Both the position numbers and the translations under genes were made by a program. A DNA stretch of 64,000 nt from positions 12,089 through 76,088 of the forward strand of contig JBDTZN010000003.1 in the NCBI GenBank assembly GCA_040005095.1, given 5' to 3'. The notes beneath the pieces are model-generated. The model had not been told where the DNA came from. It saw only the letters and a list, made by a program, of their open reading frames with translations, and searched no databases. Source of the stretch: Thermoleophilia bacterium (lineage in GTDB: Bacteria; Actinomycetota; Thermoleophilia; Gaiellales; Gaiellaceae). Shown piece by piece: positions 35,646 to 43,356 of this stretch (the first letter of the stretch is position 1; every line of letters starts with the position of its first letter).

Positions 35646-36608
35646 TCAACTGCGCTTGCGCCAGGCCTCGAGCAGCTCCGCCTCGCGCTCGGGCGTGAGC
35701 CCTGCAGCGAGGACGCCCTCGCCACGGGCAGCGTCCCATCGCTCCGTGTCGCGAATCGTCTCGTCGAGGGGGCGGAACGTCAGGCCGGCCTCGACCGCGC
35801 GGGACACGTCGGTGCGCGCGTGTCCGGCGAACGCCGGGTCGGCGATCCAGAGCGGGAGCTCCATCCACTCGCCGACGCCCTGCTCGAGCAGGAACGAGGA
35901 GTCGACCCAGGTCACGTCGGCGCCTGCGAGCAGCTCTGACCAGGGGAGGCGTTCGTTGATCGCGTTGAAGGTGCCGGTGCGTCGTTCCTCGACCATGCGC
36001 ACGATCCACTCCCCGAGGTCGCGCACGTCGATGAACTGCACGGGCTCGTCCGCGGGTGCCGGGGCGAGGATCTCGCCGCCGCGCTCGAGCCGGCGCGGCC
36101 AGTACGTGAAGCGGTCGGTCGGGTCGTGCGGCCCGACGATCAGCCCCGGCCTGACGATCAGCGCGCGACCCGGGAACGCGCGTTCGACCTCCGCCTCGCA
36201 CAGCGCTTTCAGCGGCCCGTAGTACTGGAACTCGTCACCCATCTCCTCGAGTGTCTCGTCCTCCATCGTCCCGACCGGGCTCGACTCGTTCGGTGGGGTC
36301 GAGAGGTCGGCATAGACGGAGACGCTCGAGATGAATGCGTAGTGCTCGACACGGCCCGCGAGCAGCTCCACCGAAGCGCGCACGATGCGCGGGTAGTAGC
36401 CGCAGGTGTCGATCGCGGTGTCCCAGCGGCCTCCCTCGAGCGCGGCGAGGTCGCCGTCGCGGTCGCCAACCAGGTGCTCGGCCTCCGGGGAGAGGTCGGA
36501 ATTCGTCTGCCCGCGCGTGAAGATCGACACCTCGTGGCCGGCGGCCAGTGCGGCCGCGACGATTGCCCGTCCAAGAAACCTCGTCCCGCCGAGGACGAGC
36601 AGCTTCAC
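35646..36608 (-). CDS. NAD-dependent epimerase/dehydratase (NmrA/SDR-extended) family protein
   Basis: GTG 36608 overlaps the upstream stop (GTGA). The Rossmann N-terminus is VKLLVLGGTRFLGRAIVAAALAAGHEV. The body continues ...YGPLKALCE. Confidence 0.85.
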   Translation of the reverse strand: MKLLVLGGTRFLGRAIVAAALAAGHEVSIFTRGQTNSDLSPEAEHLVGDRDGDLAALEGGRWDTAIDTCGYYPRIVRASVELLAGRVEHYAFISSVSVYADLSTPPNESSPVGTMEDETLEEMGDEFQYYGPLKALCEAEVERAFPGRALIVRPGLIVGPHDPTDRFTYWPRRLERGGEILAPAPADEPVQFIDVRDLGEWIVRMVEERRTGTFNAINERLPWSELLAGADVTWVDSSFLLEQGVGEWMELPLWIADPAFAGHARTDVSRAVEAGLTFRPLDETIRDTERWDAARGEGVLAAGLTPEREAELLEAWRKRS

Positions 36609-37765
36609 AGCCGTGCGAGCTCGGCGAGCAGCCGATCGACCTCGTCGGCGGTGTTGTAGTGGACGATCCCCGCGCGAACCGCACCTTCGGGGAGGCCGAG
36701 CCGTTCCATGGCCTCCAGCGCGTAGTAGTTGCCCTGCCAGACCGCGAAGCCGCGCTCGCCGAGAATCGTCGCCGTCTCGCGCGGGCCGTGGCCCTCGATG
36801 TTGAACGCGAACGTCGCGACGCGGCCGTCCATCGTCGGCAGCCCGTACAGGCTGCAGCTGTCCGGCAGCCCGGCGAGGAAGCGCTCGCCGAGGTCGCGCT
36901 CGTGCGCCTGGATCGCGTCCCAGCCGATCGACTCGACGTAGCGCACCGCGGCGACGAAGCCCGCGAGCAGCTCGTGCGGCAGCGTGCCCGTCTCGAAGCG
37001 GTGACCGAGCGGCTCGTTCGCGGCCGGACGCACCTTGTAGGGGCGCCAGCTCTCGAGCAGCTCGCGCCGGCCGTACGCCAGGCCGAGGTGCGGGCCGAAG
37101 AACTTGTACGGCGAGCAGAGCAGCACGTCGACGCCCAGCTCCGCGACGTCGATCGGCCCGTGTGGCCCGTAATGGACCGCGTCGGCCCAGCAGAGCGCTC
37201 CGGCCTCGCGCGCGAGCTCGACGATTCGCTTCGCGTCGGTGGTCGTCCCAACCGCGTTCGAAGCGAGTGGGAAGGCGACGACACGGGTGCGGTCGCCGAG
37301 CTGGCGCTCCAGGTCGTCCAGATCGAGGGTGGTGTCGTCGTTGATGTCGACGAAGCGCACGACCAGGTCGAGATCGTGGGCGAGCTCGAGCCAGGGTGCG
37401 ACGTTCCCGTCGTGATCGAGCTTCGTGACGAGGATCTCGTCGCCGGCGCGCCACTCGCGGGCGGCCGTCCTCGTGAGCGCGAAGTTGAGCGTGGTCATGT
37501 TGGCGCCGAAGGCCACCTCGTCGGGCGAGCAACCGAGGAACCGGCCTGCGGTCGCCCGAGACTCGTCGACGAGCACTTCGGTTCGGCGGCTCGACTCGTA
37601 CGGCCCGCTGACGTTCGCGTTCGACTCGCGCAGGTAGGACGAGATCGCGTCGATCACTTCGTCGGGAACCTGCGTCCCGCCCGGCCCGTCGAAGAGCGCC
37701 GTCGGCGTCTGCAGCGCGGAGAACCGCGCGCGAACCGCGGCGACGTCGAGGGCGACCGTGCTCAC
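36605..37765 (-). CDS. Class V aminotransferase / cysteine desulfurase-like PLP enzyme
   Basis: GTG 37765 overlaps the OsmC stop (GTGA). ALFDGPGGTQVPDEVIDAI...ADAVHYGPHGPIDV...LLCSPYKFFGPHLG (PLP Lys region) matches the family. Confidence 0.85.
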   Translation of the reverse strand: MSTVALDVAAVRARFSALQTPTALFDGPGGTQVPDEVIDAISSYLRESNANVSGPYESSRRTEVLVDESRATAGRFLGCSPDEVAFGANMTTLNFALTRTAAREWRAGDEILVTKLDHDGNVAPWLELAHDLDLVVRFVDINDDTTLDLDDLERQLGDRTRVVAFPLASNAVGTTTDAKRIVELAREAGALCWADAVHYGPHGPIDVAELGVDVLLCSPYKFFGPHLGLAYGRRELLESWRPYKVRPAANEPLGHRFETGTLPHELLAGFVAAVRYVESIGWDAIQAHERDLGERFLAGLPDSCSLYGLPTMDGRVATFAFNIEGHGPRETATILGERGFAVWQGNYYALEAMERLGLPEGAVRAGIVHYNTADEVDRLLAELARL

Positions 37766-38181
37766 GCTTGGGAACCTACCGGAGCGCCGTTGACGCGCCA
37801 CCGGTATGCGGGCTTGGCCGTGAGCGACGCGCCGACGAAGCAGTCGCGCTCGGCCTTCGCCAGCAGTTCCGCGACGTCGTCCGGCTGCGGGTCGAGCTCG
37901 AGCTCGAAATCCACGACGATCTCCGCGAAGGCATAGCGCTCATCGCTGTCGCGCCGTGTGACGATGGCCGTCGCGTTTGCACTCGCGACGAAGTCGAGTC
38001 CAACGCGGCTCGCATGGAAGCGCAGGCTCTCGAGCGTGCAGCGAACGAGGCCCGCGAGAACGAGATGCTCGGGCTTCCATTCGGCACCGAGCTCAAGCTC
38101 CGCGTCACCGTCCGCGGATACCCGCGCGGCGCGATCCTGGGCCACCGAATAGTGGAATGTGCGCGAGGGTCTCGTGCTCAC
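37762..38181 (-). CDS. OsmC/Ohr-family peroxiredoxin-like protein
   Basis: WKPEHLVLAGLVRCTLESL...AERDCFVGASL carries the two conserved Cys. It has a GTG start. Confidence 0.8.
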   Translation of the reverse strand: MSTRPSRTFHYSVAQDRAARVSADGDAELELGAEWKPEHLVLAGLVRCTLESLRFHASRVGLDFVASANATAIVTRRDSDERYAFAEIVVDFELELDPQPDDVAELLAKAERDCFVGASLTAKPAYRWRVNGAPVGSQA

Positions 38182-38228
38182 ACGGCGGACGGTATAGCGC
38201 TGTCCGCAAGGCGGCGTAGTGTCCGGCC

Positions 38229-38414
38229 ATGCGGCGCCTCCGGCCCCTCAGCGAAGCGGAGTGCTATGCCCGTTGCTACGGCTCGAGCGACGACACGGTG
38301 CGGCTTCTCGAGCTTGAGCCTCGCCGGCCGCGCCACGGCGCGCGGATCTCAGGCGAGCAACTGCGGGCCTACTTCGAGCTTCGCCTCGACGCGCGCGAAC
38401 CCGAAGCGGCATAG
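38229..38414 (+). CDS. 61-codon ORF of uncertain reality directly upstream of, and overlapping the open frame of, the Mug-NUDIX gene
   Basis: Track ORF MRRLRPLSEAECYARCYGSSDDTVRLLELEP.... It ends at TAG 38412-38414, in the frame one base downstream (the +1 frame) of the Mug frame, so a -1 ribosomal slip would be needed to join it to Mug. Confidence 0.3.
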   Translation: MRRLRPLSEAECYARCYGSSDDTVRLLELEPRRPRHGARISGEQLRAYFELRLDAREPEAA

Positions 38415-38434
38415 CTTCTTCGGCCCCGAGCGCG

Positions 38435-39394
38435 ATCCCCGACATCCTCGGGCCAGGGCTGCGCGTCATCTTCTGCGGGATCAACCCCGGTCGGGTCTCG
38501 GCGGCCGCGGCCGCTCACTTCGCGAATCCGCGGAACGACTTCTGGCGGTTACTGCGCGCGGCTGCTTTCACGCCGCGCCTGCTCGATCCCGGTGAGCAAT
38601 GGGAGCTGCTCGAGCACGGGATTGGCGTCACCAATGCGGCCTATCGCACGACGCCGGGCTCCGGCGACCTCCGGCGCGCCGACTTCGCAGGCTCTGCCGA
38701 ACGTCTGGAGCGGCTCGCCCACGACCTTCGTCCAGAGTGGATCGCGTTCGTCGGCAAGGAGGCCTACCGAGGCGCGTTCAACGAACGGCCGGACCTCGGG
38801 GTCCAGGAGCGGACACTCGGCGACACGAAGCTGTTCGTCCTGCCCTCGACCTCGCCGGCGAACGCGGCCGTGCCCTGGCTCGAGCGGGAGCGCTGGTTTT
38901 TGGAGCTTGCCGGCAGGGCGAGCGGACTACGGCTTCGTCCGGCGGCGCGGGCGATCGTGCTCGACCCCGCCGACCGGATCCTGCTCGTGCGCTTCGAATG
39001 GCCGGACAGGACCGTCTGGGCTCCGCCCGGGGGCGGCCTGGAGGGCGACGAGACGCATGAGCAGGCGATCGTGCGCGAATTGGCGGAGGAGTCCGGGCTC
39101 AACGACTTCGAGCTCGGACCGTGCATCTGGACGCGTGAGCACTGGTTCCCGGACATGGCCGGCTGGGGCGGGCAGGCGGAGCGGCAGTATCTCGTGCGGA
39201 CGGCGGCCTTTGAGCCCGCGCCGGAGTGGACCGCGGAGGAGCTGCGCGCCGAGGGCATCGCGGGCCAGCGCTGGTGGACGCTCGAGGAGCTCGAGGCATC
39301 GGACGCGATCTTCTCCCCGCGGCGGTTGCCCGAGCTCGTCAGGGACCTCATCGAGACCGGCCCTCCACCCGAGCCTCGCGACGTCGGCGTTTAG
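38435..39394 (+). CDS. Mug-family G/U mismatch uracil-DNA glycosylase fused in frame to a NUDIX hydrolase (start codon unresolved)
   Basis: My translation of the frame upstream of track ORF 38870-39394 gives DILGPGLRVIFCGINPGRVSAAAAAHFANPRNDFWRLL...FVLPSTSPANA, a full Mug domain. It continues without a stop into the NUDIX box GGGLEGDETHEQAIVRELAEESG. The frame is open from 38318. The first ATG/GTG/TTG is at 38870. Confidence 0.6.
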   Translation: MPDILGPGLRVIFCGINPGRVSAAAAAHFANPRNDFWRLLRAAAFTPRLLDPGEQWELLEHGIGVTNAAYRTTPGSGDLRRADFAGSAERLERLAHDLRPEWIAFVGKEAYRGAFNERPDLGVQERTLGDTKLFVLPSTSPANAAVPWLERERWFLELAGRASGLRLRPAARAIVLDPADRILLVRFEWPDRTVWAPPGGGLEGDETHEQAIVRELAEESGLNDFELGPCIWTREHWFPDMAGWGGQAERQYLVRTAAFEPAPEWTAEELRAEGIAGQRWWTLEELEASDAIFSPRRLPELVRDLIETGPPPEPRDVGV

Positions 39395-39509
39395 ACCGCG
39401 TCCCCAACCACCCCCAAGGGATTCCCCGAATCCCTGAAGACACGGTATCGCGAGAAAACGCTCGTGTCTGTGTCGGCTTCGAGTCGAAAGTCGAACGTGC
39501 GCGTCGAGG

Positions 39510-41225
39510 CTAGCCGCGCCAGCGATTCGTGATTGGCGTCCTGCGGTCGCGGCCGAACGCCTTGGGGCGCAGCTTCACGCCGGGCGGCGCCTGCCGGCGC
39601 TTGTACTCCGCGCGATCGATCAGCGCGAGCGCGCGCTCGACGACGTCGTGGTCGAAGCCGTCGCTCATCAGCTCCTCGCGCGAGCGGTCCTCCTCGACGT
39701 ACGCCTCCAGCACCTGGTCGAGCTTGGGGTACGGCGGCAGGGAGTCCTCGTCGAGCTGATCGTCGCGGAGCTCGGCGCTCGGCGCGCGCTCGATGATGCT
39801 CTGCGGAATCAGCCCCGTGCCCGCATGCTCGTTGAGGTAAAGGGCGAGCCGGAACACGTCCGTCTTGAACACGTCCTTCAAGAGCGCGAAGCCGCCGGCC
39901 ATGTCGCCGTACAACGTCGCGTAGCCGACGGAGAGCTCCGACTTGTTCCCGGTCGCGACGACGAGCCAGCCGAACTTGTTCGAGAGTGCCATCAGCAGGA
40001 CGCCGCGAATCCGCGCCTGCAGGTTCTCCTCCGTGAGATCCGGCTCCCGCCCCTCGAAGTGCGGCCCGAGGACGCGGTCGAACGTCTCCGCGAGCTCGCC
40101 GATCGGGATCTCGCGAAAATCGGTCCCGAGAGTCTCTGCGAGCCGCCGCGCATCACCGCGCGTTCCCTCCGACGAGTACCGGGACGGCATCGACACGCAG
40201 TGCACGCGCTCCGCCCCGACCGCCTCGACCGCGAGCGCCGCTGTGAGCGCGGAGTCGATTCCGCCCGAGACCCCGATCACGACGTCGCCGAAGCCGTTCT
40301 TCTCCACGTAGTCGCGCAAGCCGAGCTCGAGCGCGAGCCGCATCTGCTCCAGGTCGTCCTCGGGCGGCGCGATGCTGCCCGCCGCCACCTCGGTTTGCGC
40401 GTGTGCAACTCCCACGTGGATGGGCTCGAGCATCGGCACGCCGCCGCGTTCCCGCGCGAGGGAGCGGCGGCGCACGTCCGAGAGCCGCCGACCAATCGCC
40501 TCGGCCGGCTCGACGTCGACGACGAGCAGGCATTCCTCGAACCCGGGTGCGCGCGCGATCACCTCGCCCTCGTCGTCGAGCACGAGCGAATGGCCGTCGA
40601 AGATCAGCTCGTCCTGGCCGCCGACCGCGTTGCAGAACGCGAGGAAGCACGAGTTGTCACGCGCGCGGGTGACGAGCATGGCCTCCCGCTCGCGGTCCTT
40701 GCCGACGTGGAAGGGCGAGGCGGAGATATTCGCGATCAGCTCGGCGCCGGCCAGTGTGAGGTCGGTCGCGGGCGGGCCGGGCTGCCAGACGTCTTCGCAA
40801 ACCGTGGGGCCGATCAGCACGCCGCCGTGCTCCAGCAGGACGAGCTCGCGGCCGGGCGCGAAGTACCGGTCCTCGTCGAAGACGCCGTAGTTCGGCAGAA
40901 AGCGCTTGTGGTAGATCGCGCGCACCTCGCCGCCTGCGCAGACGGCGCAAGCGTTGTAGAGGTCTCGGTCGAAATGCGGGACGCCGACCAGCGCGACGAT
41001 GCCGCGGCATGCGCGGGCGACCTCCTCGAGCGTCTGCTCGGCAGCGCGAATGAAGCCTGGCCGCAAGAGCAGATCCTCCGGCGGGTAGGACGTGATCGCG
41101 AGCTCGGGGAAGAGAACGACGTCGGCGCCCGCATCCTTGGCCTCCTGAAGCCGTCCGAGGATCCGGTCGCGGTTCCCGTCGAGGTCGCCGACGACGGTGT
41201 TGATCTGGGCGAGCGCGAGTCTCAT
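39510..41225 (-). CDS. nadE: Glutamine-dependent NAD(+) synthetase
   Basis: A 571-aa product with an N-terminal CN-hydrolase domain (FPELAITSYPPEDL, ...CEDVW) and a C-terminal NAD synthase domain (GVSGGIDSALTAALA). Confidence 0.97.
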   Translation of the reverse strand: MRLALAQINTVVGDLDGNRDRILGRLQEAKDAGADVVLFPELAITSYPPEDLLLRPGFIRAAEQTLEEVARACRGIVALVGVPHFDRDLYNACAVCAGGEVRAIYHKRFLPNYGVFDEDRYFAPGRELVLLEHGGVLIGPTVCEDVWQPGPPATDLTLAGAELIANISASPFHVGKDREREAMLVTRARDNSCFLAFCNAVGGQDELIFDGHSLVLDDEGEVIARAPGFEECLLVVDVEPAEAIGRRLSDVRRRSLARERGGVPMLEPIHVGVAHAQTEVAAGSIAPPEDDLEQMRLALELGLRDYVEKNGFGDVVIGVSGGIDSALTAALAVEAVGAERVHCVSMPSRYSSEGTRGDARRLAETLGTDFREIPIGELAETFDRVLGPHFEGREPDLTEENLQARIRGVLLMALSNKFGWLVVATGNKSELSVGYATLYGDMAGGFALLKDVFKTDVFRLALYLNEHAGTGLIPQSIIERAPSAELRDDQLDEDSLPPYPKLDQVLEAYVEEDRSREELMSDGFDHDVVERALALIDRAEYKRRQAPPGVKLRPKAFGRDRRTPITNRWRG

Positions 41226-41273
41226 GGTTTACGACTCAGAGTCGAAAACTAGTCTAGCAGCGAGAATGGCGCT

Positions 41274-41954
41274 ATGAGCGAGACCGTGACGATCGAGGCG
41301 CGCTTCAACGGGCCCGAGGGCTCCGGCAACGGCGGCTACACGTGTGGCCTGGTGGCGCAGGAGCTCGGCGGCGAGTCGGAGGTCACGCTGCGGCTGCCCC
41401 CGCCCCTCGACCGCCCGCTCGCGCTCGTCCGCGAGGAGGAGCGGATCTGCCTGCTCGACGGCGAGCTGCTGGTCGCGGAGTGTCGTGTAGGCCGAGTCGA
41501 CCTCGACCCGCCGGCGCCGCCGAGCTTCGCCGAGGCCGAGGCAGCCTCGCGGGGCTATGCCGGATTCGTCAGTCACGCGTTTCCGACCTGCTTCGTGTGC
41601 GGACCGGATCGTGCGGACGGCCTGCGGATCTTCGCGGGGCCGCTCGAGGATCGAGAGGTGGTCGCAGCGCCGTGGGTCCCCGACGGTGCCGGCGATCGGG
41701 TCGCGGAAGAGCTCGTCTGGGCCGCACTCGACTGTCCGGGTGCTTTCGCCGTCGGCTTCTCGGAGCGCGGCGAGGCGGTGCTGGGACGGATGGCCGCCCG
41801 CATCGACGCCAGGCCGCGGGTCGGCGAGCGGCATGTCGTGATCGCCTGGCCGCTCGGCGAGGACGGGCGGAAGCTCTACGCCGGGACGGCGCTCTTCACG
41901 GAGAGCGGCGACCTGCTCGGCGTCGCCCGCCAGACCTGGATCGTGCCGCGCTAA
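41274..41954 (+). CDS. Hotdog-fold thioesterase-like protein
   Basis: FNGPEGSGNGGYTCGL...FPTCFVCGPDRADGLRI and the C-terminal hotdog-like region support a family-level call only. Confidence 0.55.
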   Translation: MSETVTIEARFNGPEGSGNGGYTCGLVAQELGGESEVTLRLPPPLDRPLALVREEERICLLDGELLVAECRVGRVDLDPPAPPSFAEAEAASRGYAGFVSHAFPTCFVCGPDRADGLRIFAGPLEDREVVAAPWVPDGAGDRVAEELVWAALDCPGAFAVGFSERGEAVLGRMAARIDARPRVGERHVVIAWPLGEDGRKLYAGTALFTESGDLLGVARQTWIVPR

Positions 41955-42472
41955 CGACGGCGGCCGAACTGCGACACCCAGACCGTGACGTGGGCGCGCC
42001 CGAAGAGCCCGTCCGCCTGGAGCAGCGCGATCCCGCCGTCCCGCCACGACGGCGTGAACAGGATGTGTTGGTGCGGCGGCGAGGCCAGCCAGCCTGCAAC
42101 GGTCTCGCGCGGGGAGGAAGTGGGGAGGTCGGCCCAGGCCAGGTTTTCTCCGACCGCGACGTTGCCGCGCCAGTAGCCGACCTGGGCGAAGACAGACACG
42201 AACGGCGAACCGCAGGGTGAGTGGGAGAAGTCGCCGCAGCTTCTGATCGCCTCGGCACGCAGCGCGGCCGACCGGTCGAGCAGCACAGAGGCTCGCACCG
42301 GCGCAAGACCATGCCGCCGGCGCACGAAGTTCACGAGGCAGCGCATCGCGCGTTGCTCGACCCCGGCAGGGGCGCCCGCAGCCGTCTGGCCGGCGCACAC
42401 GGTCGTCGGCGGGAGGGGGTCGCGTCCAGCCGCAGTCGCGTTCATGCAGCTGCCCGCCGCGGCCATTGCCAC
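41951..42472 (-). CDS. CAP/SCP (PR-1-like) domain secreted protein; true start probably upstream (CTG 42514)
   Basis: The CAP-like region is VNFVRRRHGLAPV...AIRSCGDFSHSPCG...GENLAW...WLASPPHQHILF. The GTG 42472 start would bisect a lipoprotein-type signal peptide. Confidence 0.7.
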   Translation of the reverse strand: MAMAAAGSCMNATAAGRDPLPPTTVCAGQTAAGAPAGVEQRAMRCLVNFVRRRHGLAPVRASVLLDRSAALRAEAIRSCGDFSHSPCGSPFVSVFAQVGYWRGNVAVGENLAWADLPTSSPRETVAGWLASPPHQHILFTPSWRDGGIALLQADGLFGRAHVTVWVSQFGRRR

Positions 42473-42588
42473 CAGCGCGCCTACAGCGACCTGTCTCCCG
42501 ACACGCGTGCGCAGCGTTCGACCCCCCGGATTGTTGGATCCCCCTGCCCAGAGGACGCCGGGAGGCGGCGAACCTCACGCTCTGCTTG

Positions 42589-43356
42589 TCAGCGCTGCAG
42601 GCGAATCGCGTTCAGGTCGCCGTCTCGGATCTCGTCGGCGCGGAAGATCAGGTCCTCGACGTCGTCGTGCTCGGCGTGGATGTAGCGTCCCGCGAGCGCG
42701 TCGGCCCGCCCCGACGCCAGCACACGGACGAGCGCCGGCGCGAGCTCCGGCGGGGTCCACGGCGCATTGTCGGGGAACGAGCCGGTCATGTCCGTCTTGA
42801 CGAGACCGGGCGAGATGACGAAGACGGCGATCTTGCCCTCCAGCTCGTTCGCGAGCGTCTCGCCGTAGCGGCCGACGGCCGCCTTGCTCGCCGAGTAGGC
42901 AGTCGAGGTCAAGCCTGGGAGATGCGAGGCGCCGCTCCCCGTGATCACGATCCGCCCGGCGCCCCGCTCGAGCATCCCCGGGATCACCGTCCTGCAGGAA
43001 AGATGGACGCCGAGGACGTTCACCTCGAACGTGTTCCACCAGTCGTCGATGGGCTGCTGCCAGGTCGCCGCGTCCGATTCGGGCGTGCGACCCGCGTTCG
43101 CGGCGAGGAAGTCGATCGGCCCGAGCTCGGTCTCCGTGCGCTCCACCCATTCCTCGACCGTCGCCCGGTCGGAGACGTCACCGACGAGAGCGAGTCCACC
43201 GATGTCTCGCGCGACCGCTTCGACCTGCTCGGCCGTACGGCCCGTGAGCGCCACGCGCATGCCCGCGTCGGCGAGCTCGCGTGCGACCGACTCGCCGATT
43301 CCACGACCCCCGCCGGTGACGAGCGCGACCTGGCCTTCCATTCGATCAGACGACAT
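42589..43356 (-). CDS. Short-chain dehydrogenase/reductase (SDR)
   Basis: Motifs ALVTGGGRGIG, NAG and YSASKAAV match the family. I prefer ATG 43356 because GAGGAG lies 7 nt upstream. The alternative is ATG 43341. Confidence 0.9.
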   Translation of the reverse strand: MSSDRMEGQVALVTGGGRGIGESVARELADAGMRVALTGRTAEQVEAVARDIGGLALVGDVSDRATVEEWVERTETELGPIDFLAANAGRTPESDAATWQQPIDDWWNTFEVNVLGVHLSCRTVIPGMLERGAGRIVITGSGASHLPGLTSTAYSASKAAVGRYGETLANELEGKIAVFVISPGLVKTDMTGSFPDNAPWTPPELAPALVRVLASGRADALAGRYIHAEHDDVEDLIFRADEIRDGDLNAIRLQR

